This document shows positions 37,284 through 47,139 of a stretch of 64,000 nucleotides of DNA, one piece after another (position 1 is the stretch's first letter; the number at the start of each line of letters is the position of its first letter). The DNA is from Thermoplasmatota archaeon. GTDB taxonomy: Archaea; Thermoplasmatota; Thermoplasmata; Thermoplasmatales; Thermoplasmataceae. Made by a program: the position numbers and the translations under genes. The DNA is taken from NCBI GenBank assembly GCA_023379845.1, contig JAMCPG010000023.1:6969-70968 (forward strand), read 5' to 3'. The notes under the pieces are model-generated. The model did no database searches. It was not told the origin of the DNA and saw only the letters and a list, made by a program, of their open reading frames with translations.

Positions 37284-37718
37284 ATGGATCAGAAAGATCT
37301 GAAAATACTTGGTTACCTCATGGAAAACGGTAGAGACAAGATATCTGACATTTCCCGTGAACTTGACATTCCCAGGGTCACTGTTCACGAGCGTATTCAG
37401 GGTATGATAAAGAGTGGAGTGATCAGAAGGTTCACTGCTATACCTGATTATGATGCAATAGGGCTGAAATTTGTTGCATTCATATTCGTCGGGTTCAGTG
37501 CGAACCAGAAGGTGTCTCAGCGGGAACTTGCCAAGAAGATATCACAGTTGAGGGAAGTAGTGGAGGTACACATCATCACAGGCCAGTGGGACCTTCTTCT
37601 GAAGGCGAGGGGGAGTTCATTGAAAGAGATTGGAGATCTTGTACTGGACAGGCTTCGTGAAATGGAAGGGATCGAGAAAACAGAAACAGTTGCAGTGTTT
37701 CAAACTGTAAAGGACTGA
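37284..37718 (+). CDS. Lrp/AsnC family transcriptional regulator
   Basis: 144 aa. HTH_AsnC segment DLKILGYLMENGRDKISDISRELDIPRVTVHERIQGM, followed by a RAM domain. Confidence 0.93.
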   Translation: MDQKDLKILGYLMENGRDKISDISRELDIPRVTVHERIQGMIKSGVIRRFTAIPDYDAIGLKFVAFIFVGFSANQKVSQRELAKKISQLREVVEVHIITGQWDLLLKARGSSLKEIGDLVLDRLREMEGIEKTETVAVFQTVKD

Positions 37719-37725
37719 GCCCAGA

Positions 37726-37739
37726 ATAATTAAAATAAG
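37726..37739 (+). promoter_or_regulatory. TATA-like box for the pirin-like gene
   Basis: AATAATTAAAATAA, centred about 26 nt upstream of the ATG at 37758. Confidence 0.4.
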
Positions 37740-37757
37740 CATCTCCAATTGTGTGTC

Positions 37758-38447
37758 ATGCTTTATCAACCTCCACTCTCATCCGACGGAGGAAGAATCA
37801 TGTTTTATCGCTATTTCCCGAGGCTCAAGCCAAGCATAGGGATAGGGCTGACTAACCCCTTTGTTCGCCTGGACCACTTTTATTCTGACACTCCGGATCT
37901 TTTAGGGAAGCTGGCCTCACCCGGGACTTCTGTCATACTTTTTATGCTCTCCGGAGACGCTGTCCTGAAGAGAGGAAGCGATGAAATCAGCCTCGACCAG
38001 GGATCAGCTGTAATCGTCAGATCCATGGAAAAGGATCCTGTCCATTTAACGACGCCAAACAGAACTGCAAAGTCTGAAGGTATTATAGTTGAGTTTTTTG
38101 ATCATGCTCAGATAACAGCCCGGGACATAACACCTGTAGGAGAATCAGTCATGCCATCATACGAGTCAGAGGAGAGCAGGGAGACGAGAATAGCTGGAAA
38201 GTGGGGCGGGATAGAAACAAATGGCTTTCTCTCGATATCACTGATGGATTACAGGTCACACTCAAGCTTCAGGGCAGATAAATCCGGACACAACATCATG
38301 ATACTAGTGCTCGATGGCTGGATCAGTTGTGGCCATGAAAATGTTGTCAAGGATCAGATATGCATTCCAGATGAGACCATCAATGTCGACTGTCGCCGGG
38401 GAACCCGCCTCCTAATACTCTCTGCCGGGGAGAATTCCGCAACCTGA
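37758..38447 (+). CDS. pirin-like cupin protein lacking the canonical metal-binding histidines
   Basis: NPFVRLDHFYS...ASPGTSVILFMLSGDAVLKRGSDEISLDQGSAVIV aligns by eye with the pirin pattern DPF..ld.f...HPHRG.e.vTY.l.G...H.D. The HPHRG position reads ASPGT. Confidence 0.5.
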   Translation: MLYQPPLSSDGGRIMFYRYFPRLKPSIGIGLTNPFVRLDHFYSDTPDLLGKLASPGTSVILFMLSGDAVLKRGSDEISLDQGSAVIVRSMEKDPVHLTTPNRTAKSEGIIVEFFDHAQITARDITPVGESVMPSYESEESRETRIAGKWGGIETNGFLSISLMDYRSHSSFRADKSGHNIMILVLDGWISCGHENVVKDQICIPDETINVDCRRGTRLLILSAGENSAT

Positions 38448-38452
38448 AAGGT

Positions 38453-40108
38453 CTAACGGAAATATGGAGCCTTGAATCTAACTCCTTTTCTTATCAGATC
38501 CTGAGATTTCTCATAGCCTGCATCTGCATGCCGTATGACACCGAGTCCGGGATCGGCATTCAGCACCCGCTGGATCTTCTGCTCTGTTCTTTTCGATCCG
38601 TCCGCAACGAGAACGAAGCCTGCATGTATGGAGGTGCCGATACCCGTACCGCCGCCGTGGTGGACCGACACCCATGTCGCTCCGGAAATGGCGTTCAGGA
38701 GTGCATTCAATATGGGCCAGTCTGCTATCGCGTCGCTCCCATCTTTCATCGCTTCCGTTTCCCTGTAGGGTGATGCAACCGATCCGGTATCATGGTGGTC
38801 CCTGCCAATTGCCACTGGTGCTGAAAGAATGCCATCTGCAACCATTTCGTTAATTATATGTCCTATCTTTTCACGTTCACCGTACTTTGCGTAACATATT
38901 CTTGCCGGCAGCCCCTGAAAGTGAACATGTTCCTTCGCCAGCTTCAGCCATTTTGCAAGATGCTTATTCTCGGGGAATTCACGCACCAGACGGTCATCGA
39001 TCGCATATATATCGTCCGGGTCTCCTGAAAGGGCAACCCATCTGAAAGGACCTGAGCCCACTGTAAAAAGATCCCTGATGTAGGCGGGCACATAACCCGG
39101 TATAGAGAAAGCATCCTTGAAGCCACCTTCTACTGCCCGCCCCCTGAGATTATTACCATAATCGAAAGCATGTGATCCTGCCTTCATCATGCTCACTATT
39201 GCTTTCGTCTCCTTTACAATGGAGGCATAGACAGCCTTCCTGTAAGCTTCAGGATCCCTAGAGCGAAACTTCGTGGCACCCTCGACCGTATACCCCTCGG
39301 GAATGTAGCCGACGCTGATATCATGAGCTGCAGTCTGGTCGGAAATAATATCTGGTATGATGTCTCTCTTGCTTAGGTCGTCATACACCGTGGCTGCGTT
39401 TCCCAAAACCGCTATAGATTGGCACTTTCCTTCTTTTATCAAATCGTCTTTTATCTTAAGGGCCTCATCTATAGTTCCAACGCTTAGATCGAGGTACTTG
39501 TCTCTGAGCCTCCGCCTGATCTTTTCCGGGTCAACCTCAATCACGACAGCCACAGCACCGTTAAGCTTCGCGGCCAGGGGTTGTGCACCTCCCATTTCAC
39601 CCAGACCGGAGGACAAGAACCACCTGCCTGAAAGATCTTCCGACTTGAAATCGAGCCTGGCTATGCTTGCAAGCGTCTCAAATGTTCCCTGCAGAATACC
39701 CTGCGTTCCGATATAGATCCAGCTGCCGGCCGTCATCTGCCCAAACATCGTGAGGCCCTTTTTTTCAAGATCCCAGAAAATATCGTCAGTTGCCCACTTG
39801 GGAACGATCTGGGCATTTGATATCAGGACTCGTGGGACATCTTCTGTCGTATGGAAGATACCGACTGGCTTACCTGACTGGATCAACAGGGTTTCATCGC
39901 CTTCAAGTTCTTTCAAAGATGCAACAATCTTGTCAAAGGCTTCCCAGTTTCTTGCGGCTTTTCCCCTACCACCATAAACTATCAGGTTCTGCGGGTCCAT
40001 CGCCACCTGCGGATCCAGGTTATTCATGATCAGCCTGAGCGCAGCCTCCTGTCCCCATCCCTTTGTATTGAGCTTGCTTCCCCTTGGAGCATGTACTTCC
40101 TTCAGCAT
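38453..40108 (-). CDS. hutU: urocanate hydratase
   Basis: 551 aa. Highly characteristic urocanase segments: [33 protein letters not shown]. Confidence 0.96.
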   Translation of the reverse strand: MLKEVHAPRGSKLNTKGWGQEAALRLIMNNLDPQVAMDPQNLIVYGGRGKAARNWEAFDKIVASLKELEGDETLLIQSGKPVGIFHTTEDVPRVLISNAQIVPKWATDDIFWDLEKKGLTMFGQMTAGSWIYIGTQGILQGTFETLASIARLDFKSEDLSGRWFLSSGLGEMGGAQPLAAKLNGAVAVVIEVDPEKIRRRLRDKYLDLSVGTIDEALKIKDDLIKEGKCQSIAVLGNAATVYDDLSKRDIIPDIISDQTAAHDISVGYIPEGYTVEGATKFRSRDPEAYRKAVYASIVKETKAIVSMMKAGSHAFDYGNNLRGRAVEGGFKDAFSIPGYVPAYIRDLFTVGSGPFRWVALSGDPDDIYAIDDRLVREFPENKHLAKWLKLAKEHVHFQGLPARICYAKYGEREKIGHIINEMVADGILSAPVAIGRDHHDTGSVASPYRETEAMKDGSDAIADWPILNALLNAISGATWVSVHHGGGTGIGTSIHAGFVLVADGSKRTEQKIQRVLNADPGLGVIRHADAGYEKSQDLIRKGVRFKAPYFR

Positions 40109-40128
40109 GAATGAAAATGGCTAATTGG

Positions 40129-41472
40129 TTAAATAACCTGATCCATGCCGTTAATTTCCAGGCCACTTCTGTCGAGAGTCATAGTACGCTTGCTGCCAAA
40201 CGATACAATCTTGACCGGAAACCCGGAAAATCTCTCCACCTGGCTCACATATTCCCTGAGTTCCCGTGGGAATCCAGCCATGCCCTTTTTCTGGACTTCT
40301 TCCAGAATTTCATCTCCAAGTTTTCCCCATGGTTGCATCTCCTTATATTCAACGCTGACCGCTTCCAGTGCGCGGAAGTTCTTCGGAAAATGATCGAGCG
40401 GTTTTCCATTCAGGCCGTAAGAAACGCCTATCTTAATCTTGTCGAGCATACCAAGCGTATCGAGCTTTGTGAGTGCTATGAAGTCTGCATCATTGAGCAG
40501 CAATGCGTATCTCAGTGCAGGGATATCCATCCAGCCCACTCTGCGTGGCCTTCCGGTGGTTGTTCCATATTCTGACCCAATCTTTCGAAGCAAATCAGCC
40601 GCGCTGCCCTTTATCTCTGTTGGAAATGGCCCGTTACCAACCTTTGATACATATGCCTTTGCGACCCCGACAACGGTCTTCACCTTCCTGAATGAAAACC
40701 CACTGTCGTTTGTCACTGCACCAGCAATCGTATTCGATGATGTCACGAAAGGATATACCCCGAAATCTATGTCCAGCAGGGTTCCATGGGCACCCTCAAA
40801 CATCATGCTTTTGCCATTTTCATATGCTGCCCTGATTGAATTCTCGCAGTCAACAAAATATTCCTTGAGCTGCTTGCCGCTCTCATGAAGTTTGAGCGCA
40901 AGATCGTCAATCTTGGATTCGTAAACGAAATCAGAGCCTTCGAAAAGAGACTGCTTCAGCCTTGCAATAAGCTTGAGCTTATCCTTGATTATTGTAATGT
41001 CAAGAAGATCAGACATCCTGATACCCGATCTTCCGTATTTGTCCTCATACGTTGGCCCTATTCCCTGTGCTGTTGTCCCGATCCTGAGATTCTTCCTCAC
41101 CTCTTCCTCGGCAAGATCAAGATACTTGTGCATCTCAGTTACAACATGTGCGTTGCGGCTCACCTGTATCTTTACCTCTGAATTGACGGTCTTCAGCTTC
41201 TTTATTTCCTCCACAAGGGCAATTGGATCTATAACCATTCCATTGCTCAGAATCACCGTTCCAGTACGAAGTGCACCCGAAGGGACAAGATGAAACTTGA
41301 AAGTTTCCTTATCGGTAACGACAGTATGACCTGCATTTCCCCCTCCATTGTAGCGAATAACAACATCATGATAAGCCGAAAGATAGTCCGTTATCTTTCC
41401 CTTGCCTTCGTCCCCAAACTGCAGCCCTACCACAACTGTAACATTTTGCGCTTTATCAGAGGAAATAACCAA
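40129..41472 (-). CDS. purA: adenylosuccinate synthase
   Basis: GLQFGDEGKGK P-loop, GGGNAGHT, GTTAQGIGP, TTGRPRRVGW. TTG start as given by the ORF track. Confidence 0.96.
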   Translation of the reverse strand: MVISSDKAQNVTVVVGLQFGDEGKGKITDYLSAYHDVVIRYNGGGNAGHTVVTDKETFKFHLVPSGALRTGTVILSNGMVIDPIALVEEIKKLKTVNSEVKIQVSRNAHVVTEMHKYLDLAEEEVRKNLRIGTTAQGIGPTYEDKYGRSGIRMSDLLDITIIKDKLKLIARLKQSLFEGSDFVYESKIDDLALKLHESGKQLKEYFVDCENSIRAAYENGKSMMFEGAHGTLLDIDFGVYPFVTSSNTIAGAVTNDSGFSFRKVKTVVGVAKAYVSKVGNGPFPTEIKGSAADLLRKIGSEYGTTTGRPRRVGWMDIPALRYALLLNDADFIALTKLDTLGMLDKIKIGVSYGLNGKPLDHFPKNFRALEAVSVEYKEMQPWGKLGDEILEEVQKKGMAGFPRELREYVSQVERFSGFPVKIVSFGSKRTMTLDRSGLEINGMDQVI

Positions 41473-41632
41473 ACACCCCGGTCCTGCAGAGAGCAGATTG
41501 CTTTAGGCATTAAATTGTTTTGCAGTTTCAGCGCGATAAAGAGATTGTTCTGAAATGAATTCAATATCAAATAGCGCTTGTTATTATGCCACTAAACAAG
41601 AAGGAAAGGATAATCACTTGGTTATACATTTC

Positions 41633-42856
41633 ATGTATGATAGAATGACATACATTGAAGTTAAGGACGGATCAAGGCTTGTTGTACCGGACAACCCAAC
41701 AATCGGCTACATCGAAGGGGACGGAATAGGCCCAGACATTACAAAGACAACAATTCAGGTGGTGAATTCCGCACTTGAGGCAGCATATAATGATAGCAGA
41801 TCGATAGAATGGAAAAAGATTTTGGCAGGCGATGAGGCCATGGAAACGACAGGAAAACACCTTCCACAGGAATCTCTCGACGAACTTAAGCGCTGCATTG
41901 TGTCTATGAAAGGGCCTCTTACAACTCCCATTGGGGAGGGGTTCAGGAGCCTGAATGTTACCTTAAGGCAATATTTTGATCTATATGCCAATATCCGGCC
42001 TATAAAGTACTTCCCGGGAGTTCCATGCCCAGTTGTGCATCCCGAGAACGTCAACATGGTCATTTTCAGGGAAAACACGGAGGATGTTTATTCAGGAATA
42101 GAATGGAGATATGACAGCGAAGAGGCAAAGAAGCTGAGAAATTACCTGAACACTGAATTCGGGGTCAAGCTTACAGACGATACCGGAATAGGAATAAAGC
42201 CAATCAGCCGTTTCAGATCCACAAGGCTGGTGAGGAAAGCACTCAATTTTGCTGTTGATAACTCCAGAAAGAGCGTGACGCTGGTCCACAAAGGGAACAT
42301 CATGAAATATACCGAGGGCGCATTCAAAGACTGGGGTTACCAGGTGGCAGAAAATGAGTTCAAGTCCAAGATAGTCCGGGAAGAGGATTACCTGAAGAAC
42401 AAGGAAGAATTCAAGGATAAGATTGTGGTTAAAGATAGAATCACGGACAACATGTTCCAGCAGGTCCTTACTAGGACAGGTGAATATGACGTGATAGCCA
42501 CCACAAACCTCAACGGCGACTACCTGTCGGATGCGATTGCGGCACAGGTCGGCGGCATCGGGCTCGCACCTGGCGGCAACGTTGGCGATATACATGCAAT
42601 ATTCGAGGCAGTACATGGAACCGCACCAAAGTACGCTGGACTGGATCTGGCAAACCCAACATCACTGCTTTTATCAGCAAGCATGATGCTCACGTATATT
42701 GGCTGGAAGGAAGCCTCAAAGGTAATGGAAGATGCAATCACGCAGTGCTACAAAGAAAAGAAGGTAACTCAGGACATAGCCAGACTGATCGGCATCAAGG
42801 AACTAAAGTGTTCTGAATTCGGGCAGGAAGTCATTAAGAGAATGGTCTCTTCCTGA
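41633..42856 (+). CDS. icd: isocitrate dehydrogenase (NADP-type, prokaryotic homodimeric)
   Basis: [11 protein letters not shown], signature [10 protein letters not shown], and HGTAPKYAG. The start was moved from 41555 to the ATG at 41633, by comparison with the length of the usual N-terminus. 41645 is also possible. Confidence 0.93.
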   Translation: MYDRMTYIEVKDGSRLVVPDNPTIGYIEGDGIGPDITKTTIQVVNSALEAAYNDSRSIEWKKILAGDEAMETTGKHLPQESLDELKRCIVSMKGPLTTPIGEGFRSLNVTLRQYFDLYANIRPIKYFPGVPCPVVHPENVNMVIFRENTEDVYSGIEWRYDSEEAKKLRNYLNTEFGVKLTDDTGIGIKPISRFRSTRLVRKALNFAVDNSRKSVTLVHKGNIMKYTEGAFKDWGYQVAENEFKSKIVREEDYLKNKEEFKDKIVVKDRITDNMFQQVLTRTGEYDVIATTNLNGDYLSDAIAAQVGGIGLAPGGNVGDIHAIFEAVHGTAPKYAGLDLANPTSLLLSASMMLTYIGWKEASKVMEDAITQCYKEKKVTQDIARLIGIKELKCSEFGQEVIKRMVSS

Positions 42857-42894
42857 AGGTCTTTCTGCACACAGAAGATCGAGGTAGGAATAAC

Positions 42895-44214
42895 CTAGTG
42901 CAATATTGTCTTTCTGGTAAGCATTGATCTTGCAAGAGCTTCTGGGCCTTGTACCAGATTCTCATTAACGAGCGGGTTTCTCCATTCAGCGGGGAGCGAA
43001 CCAGGGAGCGCATTGAAATATAAGCTCGAAACATGCAGAGTATCTCTTGCCATATCCTCCATGTAAGGATCGGATGACCATATGGAAGTGAACATGAGAT
43101 TTCCAGATCTAACGATGGAGTCAAAACCTTTCTTTATAGAACTCATTGTGCTGACCTTCAAAATAGGAAGGTCCTTAAATCCATTTAAAGTTGGAGAATC
43201 AGGCTGCTCTCTTATAAGGGCAGGATAGAAAATATTCTTTTCGAATCCATTCCAGTAAGGCAGGTCGAGAGTCCTGTTCCTGCCTGATATTAGGAGCGAC
43301 CCGATTACACCTGCAACCTCGGGATCGCTTACGACCCCTATTGATGCCTCATCTGAGAATGGATCACCGGCATGATGCTTGCTTATCTCTTCAATCAATC
43401 TGTTTTCAAAGTACTCCTGAACCGGTTCTTCGACAAAAACATTCGCTGGCCTCCTGAATGGAGACCTTGAATAGTCAAGGAATAGATCTGCAATAGACAC
43501 AGCGCACTCATCCAGTTTTGCGTCTGCCGTTACCATTACAGAAAATCCTTCCCCAAATTCTGCTCTGACGGAAGGATAGCTGCCATGTATGCCGAGCGAA
43601 GAAAGTCCATCAACTGACCCTGAAAACAGGATGTCAGAGATCGTTTCCTTTTTCAGTACGCGAAGCGTTCTACCTCGGTCTTTGAGCAGCGTTGTAACTA
43701 GGCCGCTTCCCAGGGCGATGTCTGGATCTAGCTGATCAAGAAGCATCTTGGCAGCAGTAAATGCCCTGTTGTCCAGCGAAACAACGGTCAACTTTCTCGA
43801 CAGGATACTGGGAACAATCCTTTCTATCAGCGATAGAACAGGACACCATACGTCTGGAAACACGACAGAGATGCCCTGTCGCATTGGCACCTGGTTCTTT
43901 CGCTCTTCACCGGTATAAAGCCAATCTTCAAACCGCTTATTAGCATATGAAGCCAGAACGCATAAAGATGCAGCAACCTCTTTATTGGAGGCAGAAATTG
44001 GTTTGCCCGTATCCTCAGTAACCGCCTTTGCAATGTTATCCGGATTCGAATGAATCGTGTCAATTATGTTTTTGATAAGTTCGTCTGGTCCACCAGAAAC
44101 TGCTGAAGACCGATCAAGCACCGAAGAAATATTAGACCTGATTTTAGCAGGTCCTGTCTCGTCATATTCTCTTCTTTCGAGTGAAATCCTGTTTATTGCA
44201 TTTATTCCTGACAA
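42895..44214 (-). CDS. aldehyde dehydrogenase superfamily protein lacking the catalytic cysteine
   Basis: The ALDH fold is recognisable: FSGSVDG for FTGST.vG, AEFGEG for ELGGK, GDPFSDEASIGVV for GDP.....mGP. Where F-x-x-Q-x-C is expected, the protein reads YSRSPFRRP. Confidence 0.7.
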   Translation of the reverse strand: MSGINAINRISLERREYDETGPAKIRSNISSVLDRSSAVSGGPDELIKNIIDTIHSNPDNIAKAVTEDTGKPISASNKEVAASLCVLASYANKRFEDWLYTGEERKNQVPMRQGISVVFPDVWCPVLSLIERIVPSILSRKLTVVSLDNRAFTAAKMLLDQLDPDIALGSGLVTTLLKDRGRTLRVLKKETISDILFSGSVDGLSSLGIHGSYPSVRAEFGEGFSVMVTADAKLDECAVSIADLFLDYSRSPFRRPANVFVEEPVQEYFENRLIEEISKHHAGDPFSDEASIGVVSDPEVAGVIGSLLISGRNRTLDLPYWNGFEKNIFYPALIREQPDSPTLNGFKDLPILKVSTMSSIKKGFDSIVRSGNLMFTSIWSSDPYMEDMARDTLHVSSLYFNALPGSLPAEWRNPLVNENLVQGPEALARSMLTRKTILH

Positions 44215-44258
44215 CTTGCTTGCATTGTTCCAATTGCGTTATGGATTTCCTATCAACC

Positions 44259-45107
44259 TTAGAGGAACTCCTCGACAAGCTTCTCATTGAGCTTTACAGG
44301 TTCAATGTCAACCATAGGAGTCCCGGAAGCCACAGGATCCATGTCAATGTATGACCTTTCAGACTTTTCATAGAATATGCCTATAGGTATCTTGTCTCCC
44401 CACTCCTCCGATATCTTGTATGCAGCCGAAAAGTCTGTGAGATCCTTCGCCTCATACTTATAGACCCTCTTTCTGAAGTAATCATAGGTGTTGAGCTTGT
44501 TGAAAGTAACACATGGACTCATCACATCGATAAACGAGAATCCCTTGTGCTGTATTCCTCTCTTGATAATCTCATTTAAGTGCTTCGGATCACCTGAAAA
44601 CCCTCTTGCGACAAAAGTAGCACCAGCTGCAAGCCCAAACGTAAGGGGGTTCGTTGGCTCCTCTATATTACCGTAAGGAGTCGTTTTGGACTTGAACCCT
44701 ATCTCCGAAGTAGGCGATGCCTGCCCGGTGGTAAGGCCAAATATCTGGTTGTCAGATACTATGTACGTGATATCAACATTCCTTTTAGCCGTATGATAGA
44801 AATGCTGCGTCCCTTCAAAGAATCCATCACCATCTCCGCCATATGCAATCACGGTCAGCTTCGGGTTGGCCCATTTTATTGCAGAAGCAACGGGAAGGGC
44901 TCTTCCGTGCAATCCGTGAAAGCCGTATGCTTTGATAAATTCGGGTAGATTGCTTGAACAACCTATTCCAGAGACCACAACTGTATTGTGTGGTTCTATT
45001 CCAAGTTCTGCAAGAACCGCCTTCATTGCCGAAAGCTGTGCAAAGTTACCGCAAGCCGGGCACCAGTCCGGTTTCACCGTTCCATTAAAATCTGCTACTG
45101 TTACCAT
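44259..45107 (-). CDS. 2-oxoacid:ferredoxin oxidoreductase, beta (TPP-binding) subunit
   Basis: MVTVADFNG...DWCPACGNF, then GIGCSS, then YGGDGDGFFEG (the TPP GDG motif). The ATG at 45107 is preceded by GGTGA, which overlaps the alpha-subunit stop. The 51-codon extension in the ORF track is rejected. Confidence 0.93.
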   Translation of the reverse strand: MVTVADFNGTVKPDWCPACGNFAQLSAMKAVLAELGIEPHNTVVVSGIGCSSNLPEFIKAYGFHGLHGRALPVASAIKWANPKLTVIAYGGDGDGFFEGTQHFYHTAKRNVDITYIVSDNQIFGLTTGQASPTSEIGFKSKTTPYGNIEEPTNPLTFGLAAGATFVARGFSGDPKHLNEIIKRGIQHKGFSFIDVMSPCVTFNKLNTYDYFRKRVYKYEAKDLTDFSAAYKISEEWGDKIPIGIFYEKSERSYIDMDPVASGTPMVDIEPVKLNEKLVEEFL

Positions 45108-45111
45108 ATTT

Positions 45112-46848
45112 TCACCTCTTAATCTCCTGTTCCAGTTCTTCTGCCAGCGCCCCTGGATAAAACGCCTCTCCGTCAAATTTTCTAACGAGTGAAGTGGAAA
45201 CGAGGAATTCGGACTTGAGAAGCCGGTTGAACTGCCCCGTGAAATTATTCTCAACAACAATTATCTTCTTCCTGTTTTTAAGCAACCCGGGTATGTCTGG
45301 ATTCAGAGGGAAAACGCGATTTATCTCAACAGCTCCAGCCTTGATCCCCTTACTTCTCAGAATATCCACAGCCTCTTCGACAACTCCCTGAGTTGATCCC
45401 CACTGGACTATTGCGTACTCAGCGCCGTCTAGCATGTATGTATCAGTGGGTGGCATCTCCTTAATGTAAGAGTCGAGCTTTCTCATCCTCTTTTCCATGA
45501 TTGCAATACGTAGCTTGGGGTCTGTCTCGGCATCTGAGACCACGTCCCCCGACTCAGAATGTTCATCAGAATCCTCATTGTGCATTAGCCCCGGCTGGCC
45601 AGGTATTGCCCTGGGCGAAATTCCGCTTTGTGTGTATTCATAGCGTTTATAATTCTTCATGTTGTCCGGCGCTCTGAGTCCATGATCTATCTTGAAATTG
45701 AAGTCAAACTTGTCGACTGTTTCAAGGTGTTCCGCCAGGTAGAGATCCGACATCACAAGAACCGGGGTCTGATACTTCTCAGCGAGATTCATTGCCTCGC
45801 GAGTGAGGAGGAAAGTATCGTAAACATTTCTTGGGGCAAGTACGATTCTCGGGAAATCACCCTGCGAGGCTCCAAGAACAAGGTTCAAGTCTCCCTGTTC
45901 TGTCTTTGTAGGCAGGCCGGTCGACGGACCTGACCTCTGAGCTTCATAGACGACAAGAGGTATTTCAAGCATTCCAGCCATTCCAAGGGCCTCCACCATA
46001 AGTGAAAAGCCACCACCAGAGGATCCTGTCATTGCTCTCAAGCCAGCATAATTAGCACCTATCGCCATATTTATTGCAGAAATCTCATCCTCAGGAACCT
46101 TGACAAAGAGATTGAAGTCCTTGGCATGACTAGCTATGTAATGCAGTGCAGAGGAGGCCGGGGTCATTGGATATCCTATGTACATCCTGAGCCCTCCATT
46201 CACCGCTCCGAGACCGATTGCCTCTCCGCCTCCGAGCAGGTACTTTTTCTTGTTGGTGAAATTCAAGCTCTTTTCAAGTTTCTTGTAATTCTGGGCGAAA
46301 TAATCATAGCCTTCCTTTGCCGCCAAAACGTTCTGTTCGGCCACGTCTCCTTTGCCTCCAAACTGATCCCTGATAACATCTGCGAGAACGCCAAACGACA
46401 ATCCAATTGATGCCATGGCCGCACCGATTGCAACCGTGTTTTTTACAAGAGAAACCTTGCTGTGTTTAGCGGCAATATCTGAAAGCGGCACTGGGCAGTA
46501 AACGACTTTGTCCTGTTTTTTGAAACCAGTCAATGAAAGATCATATATCGCTATTCCATTTAGCGAGGAAGCCCCGCCTTCATTAATCTCAGGGTTTGTA
46601 TGCCTTACCAGAGCATCCATATTTAGGGCTATAAGAACGTCGAGGCCGTCACCCTGACTTCTTACCTTGTTATGGGAGGCACGGATCTGATACCAGCTTT
46701 GCCCGCCTCTTACGATATCTTGGTAATAATTATATGTCATCACGGTTAATCCGGTTCTGGAAAATGATTTTGCAACGACAGCGCCTGCAGATTGAACGCC
46801 CTCACCTGCGGCACCTCCTATCCTTACTACTACTTCATCTTTGGTCAT
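45112..46848 (-). CDS. 2-oxoacid:ferredoxin oxidoreductase, alpha subunit (fused gamma-alpha type)
   Basis: 578 aa. N-terminal gamma-like segment IGGAAGEGVQSAG, then the pyrimidine-binding/transketolase-like domain (YPMTPAS, GGGFSLM). Confidence 0.93.
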   Translation of the reverse strand: MTKDEVVVRIGGAAGEGVQSAGAVVAKSFSRTGLTVMTYNYYQDIVRGGQSWYQIRASHNKVRSQGDGLDVLIALNMDALVRHTNPEINEGGASSLNGIAIYDLSLTGFKKQDKVVYCPVPLSDIAAKHSKVSLVKNTVAIGAAMASIGLSFGVLADVIRDQFGGKGDVAEQNVLAAKEGYDYFAQNYKKLEKSLNFTNKKKYLLGGGEAIGLGAVNGGLRMYIGYPMTPASSALHYIASHAKDFNLFVKVPEDEISAINMAIGANYAGLRAMTGSSGGGFSLMVEALGMAGMLEIPLVVYEAQRSGPSTGLPTKTEQGDLNLVLGASQGDFPRIVLAPRNVYDTFLLTREAMNLAEKYQTPVLVMSDLYLAEHLETVDKFDFNFKIDHGLRAPDNMKNYKRYEYTQSGISPRAIPGQPGLMHNEDSDEHSESGDVVSDAETDPKLRIAIMEKRMRKLDSYIKEMPPTDTYMLDGAEYAIVQWGSTQGVVEEAVDILRSKGIKAGAVEINRVFPLNPDIPGLLKNRKKIIVVENNFTGQFNRLLKSEFLVSTSLVRKFDGEAFYPGALAEELEQEIKR

Positions 46849-47139
46849 AAGATCAAGCTACTGTATTTTAAGAATCTATTAATACATGCCGAAATTCAAG
46901 GCAAAGTTTTGCGGCATTTACAATGATTCGAGCAAGAAAGCTCTGATCTTAAGAGAGGAGAGGATGTCAGTGCTATAAGCTGATAAACAGTCAAAGTAAG
47001 GACCCCTGCATTTTTTTGCTTAAAGTGTTATGATAAAATACAGATCCCCTATCCAGGTCCCCGATACATTTTAGTTTGAGATGTTTAATGGGAACGAAAT
47101 AGTCTTTCGTGAATCCAAAAATACAAGACTTCCAAAGGT

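Noticed and set aside
40111-41553. Series of plus-strand ORFs (154, 149, 106, 98, 87 aa) antisense to purA
   Set aside because: purA motifs on the minus strand are unambiguous. The same reasoning applies to other long antisense ORFs: 1672-2112 in acnA, 19903-20451 in gcvT, 23467-23925 in the TPR gene, 29094-29543 in argG and 42092-42616 in icd.
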